IMG/VR virus record: IMGVR_UViG_3300045391_003842
Location: 51,789-115,788 of that record
Strand: one strand, 5' to 3'
Source: a virus
Length of the DNA: 64,000 bases
Shown: piece by piece, positions 8,334 to 17,403 of the stretch
How positions within the stretch are numbered: position 1 is the first letter of the stretch
How the letters are laid out: each line of letters begins with the position of its first letter
Notes under the pieces: model-generated
The model's database searches: none
Told to the model about the DNA's origin: nothing
What the model saw: only the letters and a program-made list of their open reading frames with translations
Translations under genes and position numbers: made by a program

Positions 8334-9631
8334 TGTCGGACTGTTCTATCTGTGGGCGCCCCCAGTTCGACACACCGAGTGGCGTCACCTGTGAAAATGG
8401 ACATGGAGGTGCACCTTCCGATGGCTATGAACGCTTTGATGGGATACCTGACGCTGGGCCTGATGACATGCCTGTCGCTGCTGATTGGGATGGAGGTCGC
8501 GGTGCGTCGCCGCCGCTTGCGCCCGGCAAGCTACCGCCGCAAAGGTCGCGCGATCCGCTGAGCAACATCGTCCTTTCGGATGAACAGCAAGAGCTATACG
8601 ACAACATTGACCGGTTCATCGGCGATCCGTTTGCTGGCGACGTCTATCACTATGATGGGCTCGCCGGCACCGGCAAATCTGTCGTGTTGGCCAAGGCCGG
8701 GCAGAACAACCCTGGCTGCATGATGGTGGCGCTGTCCGGCCGGGCGGCGTCGCTCCTGCATCAAAAGTCAGGACTAAGCACGTCAACCATCCACGCGGCG
8801 ATCTACAAGCTGATGCGTGAGATCGAATTTGACAACGGCAAGCGCCAGATGGAATGGCGCAGCGCGCATAACGACGGCGCACTGTCCGGCGTGACGTTCC
8901 TGCTGGACGAAAAGTCCATGATCGGGCACCGCATCGCCCGCGACATCCTGCGTACGGGCGCGCGGATCGTGGCGGCCGGCGATCCAGGCCAGTTGCCGCC
9001 GATCCAGGATCAGCAGTACTTCGTCAACCCGGATTTCACCCTGCGCCAGATCCACCGTCAGGCGCTGGAAAGCCCGATCGTGCGGCAGGCGCACCGGGTG
9101 CGGGCCGGCGAACGCTACCAGAACGATGGGTCGAACTTCCGCGTCGTGGATCGATTGCCGCGTGACGAGTTGATGCAGGCCGACATGGTGCTCTGCTGGA
9201 AGAACACCACGCGCGTTGAGATCACCAAGGTGATCAGATCCATGAAGGGTCTGGCCAAAAACTATCCGCGGGCTGGCGAGTTCGTCATGTGCCTGAAGAA
9301 TGCGCCTGACTATGGCCTGTTCAACGGCGCCGTCTATACGCTGACACGAGACTTTAACAACGGCGACAATGTCATCTGGCTGGACTACGAAGGAGAGGAA
9401 ATCTACGTTCCGAACGTCAAGTTTGAAGGCATGGTCAACACGGTGCCGGTTGGTGACGTGGTAACGACTAGCTTCACGTTTGGTTACGTGTACACCGTTC
9501 ACAAGGCTCAGGGCTCCGAAGCGAAGAGTGTAGTACTCGTGGATGAGTATGCTATGCCTGATTTCGCGATCGAGTGGCGTTATACGGCCATTACGAGAGC
9601 GCAAGAACGTATCACGATTATCCCACACTGA
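8333..9631 (+). CDS. RecD/Dda-like superfamily 1 DNA helicase
   Basis: Walker A GLAGTGKS, LLDEKSM, GDPGQLPP, TVHKAQGSE, YTAITRA. Confidence 0.92.
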   Translation: MSDCSICGRPQFDTPSGVTCENGHGGAPSDGYERFDGIPDAGPDDMPVAADWDGGRGASPPLAPGKLPPQRSRDPLSNIVLSDEQQELYDNIDRFIGDPFAGDVYHYDGLAGTGKSVVLAKAGQNNPGCMMVALSGRAASLLHQKSGLSTSTIHAAIYKLMREIEFDNGKRQMEWRSAHNDGALSGVTFLLDEKSMIGHRIARDILRTGARIVAAGDPGQLPPIQDQQYFVNPDFTLRQIHRQALESPIVRQAHRVRAGERYQNDGSNFRVVDRLPRDELMQADMVLCWKNTTRVEITKVIRSMKGLAKNYPRAGEFVMCLKNAPDYGLFNGAVYTLTRDFNNGDNVIWLDYEGEEIYVPNVKFEGMVNTVPVGDVVTTSFTFGYVYTVHKAQGSEAKSVVLVDEYAMPDFAIEWRYTAITRAQERITIIPH

Positions 9632-9641
9632 GAGGTTCACG

Positions 9642-10094
9642 ATGAGCCAGTACCCTACGGTCTACCGCTTCAGCGGGGACGGCTCGCTTTCTCAACTCGG
9701 CCTGCTGCCGGATTGGCTCAGCTTGGTGGTTAGGGAAGCCAATGCGACCGGCGAATGGGAAGACGCCATGGAGGACATCGGCAACTGCAAGATAGTTGAA
9801 GCCTACGGCGTTACAAATGAAACTTTAACGGTATGGCGCCGTAGCGGTGATGAATGGCTGGTGGAGTACCATGACTTTGATCGGCCTATCATGATGATTC
9901 ACATCCTGGGCGGCTTGGATTTCTGGAAGTTCCAGATGACACAACTTCATGTTCTTGCGCAGAAAATCATGGTGGCAGATCGCTACCACAAGGATATTCG
10001 GTCAAATTGCGGCCTAGCGACGGATGAAGAAGAGGACGCCGAGACCGACGCGGATAGCCTATCAAAATTGACACGTCCGACGCGGATGAATTGA
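9642..10094 (+). CDS. hypothetical protein
   Basis: GAGG RBS before ATG 9642. Confidence 0.65.
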   Translation: MSQYPTVYRFSGDGSLSQLGLLPDWLSLVVREANATGEWEDAMEDIGNCKIVEAYGVTNETLTVWRRSGDEWLVEYHDFDRPIMMIHILGGLDFWKFQMTQLHVLAQKIMVADRYHKDIRSNCGLATDEEEDAETDADSLSKLTRPTRMN

Positions 10095-10141
10095 TAAGAG
10101 AGAAGTGATATAGCAGGGCTCCACGCAACAGGAGCCCTGAA

Positions 10142-10360
10142 ATGCCTTCGCAGTCCCGAGCCCAGCACAATTTCATGGAGATGGTGGCGCACGATCCAGG
10201 CGCGGCCAAACGCACGGGCGTACCGAAGAAAGTCGGCGAAGACTTTGCAAACGCTGACAAAAAAGACGATGGTTACAAAGACCGCGAGCATGTCGCAAAG
10301 AAAGCGGCAGAGCACGGGATGAGCCCTGAAATATACAGGACGTTGTACGGCATTCGCTGA
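10142..10360 (+). CDS. small conserved phage protein
   Basis: AGGAG RBS; the MPS.S.AQH.FM..VAH.P...K..G.P..VG..F pattern is familiar from phages. Confidence 0.7.
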   Translation: MPSQSRAQHNFMEMVAHDPGAAKRTGVPKKVGEDFANADKKDDGYKDREHVAKKAAEHGMSPEIYRTLYGIR

Positions 10361-10450
10361 ACGTTCTCTTGCGTCCGGCGGATCTGCCTGTACAGTCCGG
10401 CCGGGTTTTGCATTCCGCAATTCCTTTATCCAAAAATGGAGACACACCTG

Positions 10451-13400
10451 ATGAGATCAGTGGTGACGGTCTATCCGATCGGCTCCCAAGTCTCTGGCGT
10501 GCCTTTTGTCGTTTCGGGAACGATCAACTACTATCCGACGATCGATGTCTCAGACGATGGCGTGAATTTCGATGATGCCAATGTGGGAGGATCGGCGCTG
10601 TCCACCTCCACGTGGCATTTCACGCACCAAGGCATGCCGGTCGGCAACTACACCTTCCGCTTTGAGTCCGGCGACGGATCATCCGGCGTCGTGACGTCCA
10701 ACCCGTTCGCTGTCGTCAATCCGCACACCATCACGCCAAACGCGCCAACCGGCGCCGTGGAAGGCGCGCCGTTCATCTTCACCGGCTCGCTGGGCAACTA
10801 CGCGCAACCGCCCAACCTCACCGCGGCAATCGACAGCGGCACGCCGTTCGCGCTGTCTGGTGTCAGTGCCAGCGGGTGGAACACCACGCTGACTATCGAG
10901 ACATCCGGCACCCACACGCTGACTGTCAGCGATGGCACCTTGTCTACGACCACCGCGGCCTTCAGCGTCGCCGCATCGGGCGTGGCGCCTCCGCCGCCGG
11001 TATCCGGCGTGGTGTGGGATGCAACGCACAAGTCCAGCACCATCGTCCTGTCCAACGGCAGCGGCACGGCGACGTCCAGCGGCACCGGAGCCCAGTCGGT
11101 TCTGGCCACCGTGCCGGTCCCGGCGTCCGGCTTCGCCGCCTGGGAGGTCATCGCGAGCGCGGTCACCACGGATTGGGCGGCTGGCGTGGCCGATCGCAGC
11201 TACGCGCTGGATTTCGGGGGCGGCCTTGGCGGCGATCAGCACGGCGCCGGCTACTACATAAACAGCCCTCCGGAGGAAACCTGGTACAACGGCACGTTGG
11301 TCAACGGCTCCAGCGGGACCGATTCGACCGGCGCGGCCATCTCGTTCGTCGCGTCCGGCCTGCAACTCTGGGTATCGACGCCGGAAATGCGGGCGAACGG
11401 CTTTAACTTCAACAATTCGACCACTGCGGACCCGGCAACTGGCGTCGGCGGCATCAACGTCTCCGGAATCGGCCTGCCGTTCTATCCGGCGTTCAACGTG
11501 CTGGAGACTGGCGCGTCGGCGACGATCAACGGCGGGGCAAGCGGGGCGTTCTCGGCCTTCCTGACCACCTACATGGCGGCGCACACCGCGATCAAGGCGC
11601 TGGACGGCACGATTGTGTCCGGCGGCGGATCGTCTGGCGTGCCGGCGGTTCACACCATAACGCCGGTTTCGCCGGGCACCGTGACGGCCGGGCAGGCGTT
11701 CACCTTCCACGGCACGATCAGCGGCTATGGCGGCACGGCACCGACGCTGCTGTACGAGGTGGACAACGGTTCGCCGGCCCTGGTGTCAGGTGTCACGGCG
11801 TCCGGGTGGTCCATGACGCTGAACCTGAGCGTCCTGGGATCTCACACCCTGCTGGTGACAGACGGTGCGGTGTCGGGTTCCACCACGGTGGTGGTCCAGG
11901 CAGCCTCCGGAACCGGCGGCGGCGGAGCCAATGGCATCCCGCGCGTGACGGCGCCGTTGACGGGCACGGTCACCAAAGGCACGTGGCTGCAAAATCAGCG
12001 GCTGAACGTCGCGGCGATGCCTCATGGGTTCATCGCCTACGATCTGTTGCTGCCGGCGCAGTACGATCCGAGCCTCGTCTATCCGATCATGGTCTACGGC
12101 CATGAGAATGACGAAGGCATGAACGGGGGCTCGTATCCGTCCTCCAATCTGGCGACGGAAAATGGGGCGGTCGGGCCGGGTCTGAGCGCGGACTCGTGTT
12201 TCAACACCGTTGCATTCAGAACGGCGTTCCCCTGCATCGTGGTCGTGCCGTACTGTGACCAATCTCTCGACACCTCCGGTGCCAATCCGAATGCTAACTT
12301 TGGCGGCTACGCGGATACACCGGATAGTGGCGGCAACGAACAGGGCGTGCTGGCGCTGGTGCGGTTCCTGCAATCGACGTACAGTGTGGATGCAACGCGT
12401 ATCTACATCACAGGCGACTCGTTGGGCGCGATCGGGGCCTTGGCCCAGATGGTGGACAACAACGCCTATGGTACCGGTACTGTCAACCACGTGTTCGCCG
12501 CCGGCATGGGTTTTTCCGATCAGCTTTACCGGCCGACCATTTCCGGTGGATCGAACAGCCCCGTCATCCAGGCGATGAAGAACGTCCCGTACTTGGCGAT
12601 CGGCACACCCGACGACAACAACGAGGCGATCTACGATCAAGCGGCGTGGCAGGCGTACACGGGCGGCGCTTCCTACCCGACCGCGGCCAACTACACGTCA
12701 GGTGGCGTGGCGGCGCTGAACGCACCCGGCACCCAGTTCTACTATCTGCATGACGCAAACGATGTGCCGTGGAATGACGGCTATCGCCAGTTGGATGCGG
12801 ACGGCGGCAAGGGTACCGCGCTTTATACGTGGCTGTTCGACCAGATCGTCAGCGGTGTGTCGGTCGGCACAGTGCCGGCACCGGCCGCCTCGGCTGGGTA
12901 CCACACGATCACCTACGGTCCGACCATCGTGCTGGGTAAAACGGCTGATCCGGTGACCAGTTTCCCTGAGTTCTCGGGTTCGGTGAACTGGGTGCCGTTC
13001 ACCTTCTATGGCACATCGTGGGCTTCGATCGGTGCGGTGCAGAACGCGGACGGCTCTGTCACGTTGGATGGAACCGGCCAGACGTTCGGCAACGGGCTCG
13101 CCACGGCCGCGGCAGGCGACGCCAACCTGACGTCGGATCGTCTGTCCTTCACCGGCACGGCCTTTGGCGGCGGCTTCTACGTTGAAGCTGTCATGAAGGG
13201 TGACGGGCCGATGTCGTTCTGGGCGAACGATATCGAAACCATGAATGGCGTCTCGGTGAATGCCGGGCCGAATGCATGGGCCGGTCAGGTGTCAGGCTAC
13301 GGCGATTGGATCGAAGCGGACATCGCGGAGTTCGACACGACCGGATCGTACGGCATCGCGCTCCACAACTGGTACGGAGCGGTCGGGTCCAACAACGATG

Positions 13401-15295
13401 TCAACACCGGCTTTGCCAAGGTGGCGCCCTCGCCGACGCCTGATTACACGCAGTACCACACCTACGGTGCTCTGTGGGTGCCGGCGACGGTATCGGGGCA
13501 TGGTTCCTTCAAGTTCTATTTTGATGGAACGGAAGTTGCGGAGGTAACCTGGGATCAGTTCAATGCTGCGCTGACTCCGCCGCCGACCGCTCAAGCCTCT
13601 GTCACGTCGGGAGTGCCGCAGACGGCTGGCGGCCTGACCGCGTTTGGCGTCATGGACAACCTGCATCTCGCCCTCATCATGGGCGCGGGCAGCGGGAGCA
13701 CCGTGACGTTCAAGAGCGTAACGGTCTGGCAGCGGGACGCCTCGAAAAACCTCGCTCCGTCCGGCACGATCATCCCGCCGCCGTCTGGCGAATCGAGAGA
13801 TGGCACGATCGTCAATGGTACGACCGGCCAGCTTATCGACAGCCAGAACAACGTCTGGGCGATCAACGCTGGTGGCGTGATCACGGTCAATGGCACGCCG
13901 GACAACACTACGGGCAACGTGCTGCGTCTCGTCTATTCCAACCACACGATCTGGCAGCAGAACGCGGATCTCATGTGGTGGAACAAGACAAGCGCGGGCG
14001 CGTCGTGGACGCCGGCCACCGGCACGTCAACATCGCCGTTGTCCAACGCGGCGCCGTCATCGAACAAGGCCACGATCACGGCGCCGACTGCCACCGTGCT
14101 GACGGATGTCTCGGGCAACGCCTACGGCATCAACAGCGGGCAGGTGATGGTCAACGGCACGGCAGACTCCAGCACGTCCAACGTGGTGGAACTGGCGTAT
14201 GTCGCGGGCGTCATGTGGCAGGAAACCGCGTCCGGCGTCTGGTATGGCAAGTCCAGCCCGACCGCGGCATGGTCCCCATCCGGCGGTACCACGACGTCGC
14301 CTTTGGCGTCGGGCAGCGGCGGTGGCGGAACGCCAACCGGCCAGTTCCATATCAGCGGCGGCAAGATCATCGATCCGAACGGAAAGGTGTTCATCGCGGC
14401 CGGTGTCAATATCTATGACACGGATCTGGCGGGCGCGATCACGGGACCGGACTGCAATCCCCTGCTGTCCACGTTCCCAGGCTGCAACTTCGTGCGGGTG
14501 CCGGTCTACGCGTACCAAGATCCCTCTTTCTTCGCGCAGCAGATTGCCTGGGCGACGGCGAAAGGGATCGTGATCGAACTCGAAGACCACACCAACACCA
14601 GCGGTGGCAACGCTGGCGGCAATGACCAGGGCGGTGTCATCTTCTCTGGCTCCAGGCTAACCCAGGAACTGAACTGGTATGCGAGTTGCGCGGCCTATTA
14701 TGCGAACAACCCGTATGTCTGGTTTGGTACCGACAACGAACCGGCGACGAAAACCAACGCGAGCGGATCTTCGGACCCGAACGCGTTGTCCTCGTGGCAG
14801 CAGCAGACCTACAATGCTGTGCGCAACGCGGGCTCCGATGCGATCGTGATGATTGAGGCGGTGGGCTGGGATACGCCCCAGTCGTACGGCCAATACATCA
14901 CACCTTCCTATTTCACCGGCATGACGAACGCGATTATCGACATGCATGTGTATGGAGAGGCCTATAGCGGCACGACGGCGAGCAACATCGCCAGCGTGAT
15001 CAACGAGAACATCGCGTACATCCAGGGGAACCAAACCTCTGCGGATGGCGTGATGCCAGTGCTGATCGGAGAGTTCGGCAACGCCACGGACGGGCAACAC
15101 TTCGACTCGAACGGCGCGGCGACGGTGACGGCTGTCACCCAGGTGGCCGGTGCCAACTCCGCGGGTTTCGCGGCGTGGAACTGGCAGCCCGGCAACGGCG
15201 ACATTGACGCTCTGCGGAACGGCAATGGCAGCCTGACGGACTACGGTCAGCAGATTGCGACGGGCATCGCGGCAGCGGCAGCCAATCGCAGCTAA
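10451..15295 (+). CDS. multidomain carbohydrate-active protein: Ig-like/SPRY-like, alpha/beta-hydrolase, GH16-like and GH5 domains
   Basis: GDSLG nucleophile elbow; WIEADIAEF (ExDxxE); C-terminal FGTDNEP...DMHVY...LIGEFG...AWNW GH5 motifs; GGAG RBS before ATG 10451. Confidence 0.8.
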   Translation: MRSVVTVYPIGSQVSGVPFVVSGTINYYPTIDVSDDGVNFDDANVGGSALSTSTWHFTHQGMPVGNYTFRFESGDGSSGVVTSNPFAVVNPHTITPNAPTGAVEGAPFIFTGSLGNYAQPPNLTAAIDSGTPFALSGVSASGWNTTLTIETSGTHTLTVSDGTLSTTTAAFSVAASGVAPPPPVSGVVWDATHKSSTIVLSNGSGTATSSGTGAQSVLATVPVPASGFAAWEVIASAVTTDWAAGVADRSYALDFGGGLGGDQHGAGYYINSPPEETWYNGTLVNGSSGTDSTGAAISFVASGLQLWVSTPEMRANGFNFNNSTTADPATGVGGINVSGIGLPFYPAFNVLETGASATINGGASGAFSAFLTTYMAAHTAIKALDGTIVSGGGSSGVPAVHTITPVSPGTVTAGQAFTFHGTISGYGGTAPTLLYEVDNGSPALVSGVTASGWSMTLNLSVLGSHTLLVTDGAVSGSTTVVVQAASGTGGGGANGIPRVTAPLTGTVTKGTWLQNQRLNVAAMPHGFIAYDLLLPAQYDPSLVYPIMVYGHENDEGMNGGSYPSSNLATENGAVGPGLSADSCFNTVAFRTAFPCIVVVPYCDQSLDTSGANPNANFGGYADTPDSGGNEQGVLALVRFLQSTYSVDATRIYITGDSLGAIGALAQMVDNNAYGTGTVNHVFAAGMGFSDQLYRPTISGGSNSPVIQAMKNVPYLAIGTPDDNNEAIYDQAAWQAYTGGASYPTAANYTSGGVAALNAPGTQFYYLHDANDVPWNDGYRQLDADGGKGTALYTWLFDQIVSGVSVGTVPAPAASAGYHTITYGPTIVLGKTADPVTSFPEFSGSVNWVPFTFYGTSWASIGAVQNADGSVTLDGTGQTFGNGLATAAAGDANLTSDRLSFTGTAFGGGFYVEAVMKGDGPMSFWANDIETMNGVSVNAGPNAWAGQVSGYGDWIEADIAEFDTTGSYGIALHNWYGAVGSNNDVNTGFAKVAPSPTPDYTQYHTYGALWVPATVSGHGSFKFYFDGTEVAEVTWDQFNAALTPPPTAQASVTSGVPQTAGGLTAFGVMDNLHLALIMGAGSGSTVTFKSVTVWQRDASKNLAPSGTIIPPPSGESRDGTIVNGTTGQLIDSQNNVWAINAGGVITVNGTPDNTTGNVLRLVYSNHTIWQQNADLMWWNKTSAGASWTPATGTSTSPLSNAAPSSNKATITAPTATVLTDVSGNAYGINSGQVMVNGTADSSTSNVVELAYVAGVMWQETASGVWYGKSSPTAAWSPSGGTTTSPLASGSGGGGTPTGQFHISGGKIIDPNGKVFIAAGVNIYDTDLAGAITGPDCNPLLSTFPGCNFVRVPVYAYQDPSFFAQQIAWATAKGIVIELEDHTNTSGGNAGGNDQGGVIFSGSRLTQELNWYASCAAYYANNPYVWFGTDNEPATKTNASGSSDPNALSSWQQQTYNAVRNAGSDAIVMIEAVGWDTPQSYGQYITPSYFTGMTNAIIDMHVYGEAYSGTTASNIASVINENIAYIQGNQTSADGVMPVLIGEFGNATDGQHFDSNGAATVTAVTQVAGANSAGFAAWNWQPGNGDIDALRNGNGSLTDYGQQIATGIAAAAANRS

Positions 15296-15326
15296 GGCAG
15301 AGCGGGAAACCGCTGGCTAAGGCAGG

Positions 15327-15357
15327 GCGCCAGGGTCTTCGGACTCTGGCGCTTTTT
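15327..15357 (+). terminator. Rho-independent terminator
   Basis: GCGCCAGGGTC-TTCG-GACTCTGGCGC followed by TTTTT. Confidence 0.85.
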
Positions 15358-15386
15358 CTTTCACCCGTAGGTGACAATTTTTAGAC

Positions 15387-15416
15387 TTGCACGACCGCGC
15401 AAAATGCGCGATATCT
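15387..15416 (+). promoter_or_regulatory. putative sigma70 promoter of the Y RNA-rsr unit
   Basis: TTGCAC...GCGATATC (alphaproteobacterial-type -10); predicted start near 15421-22 coincides with the 5' end of unit 1. Confidence 0.55.
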
Positions 15417-15421
15417 CCGCC

Positions 15422-15488
15422 TGTCGATAGCGTGAGCCCACGGATACTTCTGGCATGTTGTAAGCCCGTGAGCGATTAAACTTCGACA
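15422..15488 (+). ncRNA. Y RNA-like module 1 (short)
   Basis: terminal stem TGTCGA/TCGACA, TAGCGT motif, inner CACGG/CCGTG stem, ATACTTC motif. Confidence 0.7.
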
Positions 15489-15496
15489 ACAGTTTT

Positions 15497-15588
15497 CGCT
15501 GGATAGCGTAGAACTCGGTTGCATCGGTCTGATAAACCGTTACGGGCTTGCGCCCGTGGCACTGCCGGGATCGCCTAACCTTCCGGCG
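15497..15588 (+). ncRNA. Y RNA-like module 2 (two-hairpin cargo)
   Basis: CGCTGGA/TCCGGCG stem, TAGCGTAG, CGG-TTGCATC, hairpins CGGT-CTGATAA-ACCG and ACGGGC-TTGC-GCCCGT. Confidence 0.7.
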
Positions 15589-15597
15589 TTTGAATAT

Positions 15598-15734
15598 GTG
15601 GGTAGCGTATGTAGCGGTTACTTCTCAAAAACTTTGGGTCGGTGGTTCGAATCCACTTCTGTCATCTTCGGGTGGCGGGTAGCTCAGGGGTAGAGCAAAA
15701 GTCAAACAAGGTCCGTTGCAGTCTGATCTCCCAC
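15598..15734 (+). ncRNA. YrlA-like Y RNA with permuted tRNA domain (module 3)
   Basis: GTGGG/CCCAC stem, TAGCGTA, CGGTTACTTC; T arm GGTGG-TTCGAAT-CCACT precedes a loop-closed acceptor stem and the D arm GCTC-AGGGGTA-GAGC. Confidence 0.88.
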
Positions 15735-15769
15735 TTTTAGTTTGCGTATGGAGGTAGAACACGAAATAC

Positions 15770-15835
15770 ACTGGATAGCGTTAGATTGCGGTTACTTCTT
15801 TGGTGAACCACACCGTAGTCGATTGATCTTCCGGT
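15770..15835 (+). ncRNA. Y RNA-like module 4 (short)
   Basis: ACTGGA/TCCGGT stem, TAGCGTTA, GATTGCGG/CCGTAGTC, TTACTTC, TGATCT. Confidence 0.75.
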
Positions 15836-15842
15836 AGTAAAC

Positions 15843-15981
15843 GATGGATAGCGTAGAGAACGGTTACTTCGCATCTGGAGCGCGAGGTCGTTGGTTCGAG
15901 TCCAACTCCGTCCACCTTTCACGGGCGGGTAGCTCAGTCGGTAGAGCGCGTACTGTTACTGTTGTCGCCTGATCTTCCATC
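15843..15981 (+). ncRNA. YrlA-like Y RNA with permuted tRNA domain (module 5)
   Basis: GATGGA/TCCATC stem, TAGCGTAG, CGGTTACTTC; T arm GTTGG-TTCGAGT-CCAAC, acceptor TCCGTCC/GGGCGGG, D arm GCTC-AGTCGGTA-GAGC. Confidence 0.88.
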
Positions 15982-16017
15982 ACTCGCTACCGGCTCACTT
16001 TCAACAGGAGCCAAGCC

Positions 16018-17394
16018 ATGCGCCTAAACCGAGCCGTCAAGCAGCCGCCGATCGTTACCCATGAGGGTGGTAAGGCCTCTCGTATCAATCTGGTGCAGCA
16101 ACTGCGCCGGTCTGTCCTCTCCTGCATGCTGTGGGAGAAGGAATTTTACGAGGATGGCGACACGATCTCTGCGCGGATCCGCAGCCTCATTCCTATGATT
16201 TCGCCGGCTGTCGTGTCGGCCCTGGCGATCGAGGCGCGCACCAAGTTTCATCTGCGTCATATCCCGCTGTTTCTGACCGCGGCGCTGGCGCAGACGGCTG
16301 CCGGCACGTCGATTGTGTCGGAGACGCTGAACGGTGTCATCCAGCGCGCCGACGAGTTGTCGGAATTTCTGACGATCTACGCGCAGATGAACGGCGTCGC
16401 GCCTGACAAGATCAAGCCGAAGCTGTCCAATCAGGTGCGCAAGGGCCTCGCGGCGGCCTTCGGCCGATTCGATGAATACCAGTTGGCCAAGTACAACCGC
16501 GACGCTGTGATCAAGTTGCGTGATGTGCTGTTTTTGTGCCACGCCAAGCCGAAGGATATTGCTCAGGCAGCGCTGTGGGAGCGGCTGATCAACGGCAAGA
16601 TCGCGGTGCCGGACACCTGGGAAGTCGCTTTGTCCGGGGGCGCCGACAAGAAGACCACCTGGGAGCGCCTGCTTGGCGCCAACCAGCTTGGTTACCTCGC
16701 TCTGTTGCGGAACCTCCGCAACATGCAGGAAGTCGGCGTGGACCCGAACCTGATTCGTGAGGCGATCTTGGCGCGTCGGGGCGGTGCTGATCGGGTGTTG
16801 CCGTTCCGGTTCACCGCGGCGGCTCGAGTCGTGCCGGCGTATGAGCCCGAATTGGATAAGGCCATGATGGCGAACATCATGGCGCTGCCGAGTCTGCCGG
16901 GCCGGACGGCGGTGCTGGTGGACGTCAGCGCCAGCATGGACGAGCGTCTGTCGGCGAAGTCGGATCTGTCTCGGTTGGATGCGGCGGCGACGCTCGCTTC
17001 CATGATAAACGCACAGGATCGTCGGGTGTTCTCGTTCTCGACACAGGTTGTGGAGGTGGCGCCGCGCCTGGGTATGGCCGGCGTGGATGCGATCCGGACC
17101 AGCCAAATTCACCATGGCACGCATCTGTTTGATGCGGTGGATCTGATCAATCGGACGGTACCGCATGACCGGCTCATCATCATCACCGATGAGCAGGCGA
17201 CCGGGGCGGTGGGTTTTGGCTACCGCCTGGGCGGGACGCTCCGGAGCATGCCGGCGCCGGCTTGTGATCATGGCTACGTGATCAACGTGGCGAGTGCGCT
17301 GAACGGCGTTGGATATGGTCCCTGGACTCATATCGACGGCTTTTCAGAGCAGGTGTTGCGCTGGATCGCGGAATACGAGGCCGCGGAGGTCTGA
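16018..17394 (+). CDS. rsr: Ro60/TROVE domain RNA-binding protein with vWA domain
   Basis: THEGG, LWEKEFYEDG, RADEL, FDEYQLAKY, LRDVLFLCH.KP, TWE..LS, ALLRNLRN, LPFRF, MIDAS DVSASM, IITDEQ; AGGAG RBS. Confidence 0.95.
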   Translation: MRLNRAVKQPPIVTHEGGKASRINLVQQLRRSVLSCMLWEKEFYEDGDTISARIRSLIPMISPAVVSALAIEARTKFHLRHIPLFLTAALAQTAAGTSIVSETLNGVIQRADELSEFLTIYAQMNGVAPDKIKPKLSNQVRKGLAAAFGRFDEYQLAKYNRDAVIKLRDVLFLCHAKPKDIAQAALWERLINGKIAVPDTWEVALSGGADKKTTWERLLGANQLGYLALLRNLRNMQEVGVDPNLIREAILARRGGADRVLPFRFTAAARVVPAYEPELDKAMMANIMALPSLPGRTAVLVDVSASMDERLSAKSDLSRLDAAATLASMINAQDRRVFSFSTQVVEVAPRLGMAGVDAIRTSQIHHGTHLFDAVDLINRTVPHDRLIIITDEQATGAVGFGYRLGGTLRSMPAPACDHGYVINVASALNGVGYGPWTHIDGFSEQVLRWIAEYEAAEV

Positions 17395-17403
17395 GATCCG
17401 GTC

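Noticed and set aside
15737-15922. 61-aa minus-strand ORF
   Set aside because: It is antisense to the structured RNA units and has no protein-like features.
15631-15952. Canonical tRNA genes suggested by GGTTCGAATCC/GGTTCGAGTCC and TAGCTCAG..GGTAGAGC
   Set aside because: The T arm precedes the D arm, the acceptor end is closed by a loop and there is no CCA end. These are permuted tRNA-like Y RNA domains, not tRNAs.
15422-15981. CRISPR array
   Set aside because: The repeats are short split motifs with covarying stems and very unequal unit lengths (66-139 nt), and there are no cas genes in the window.
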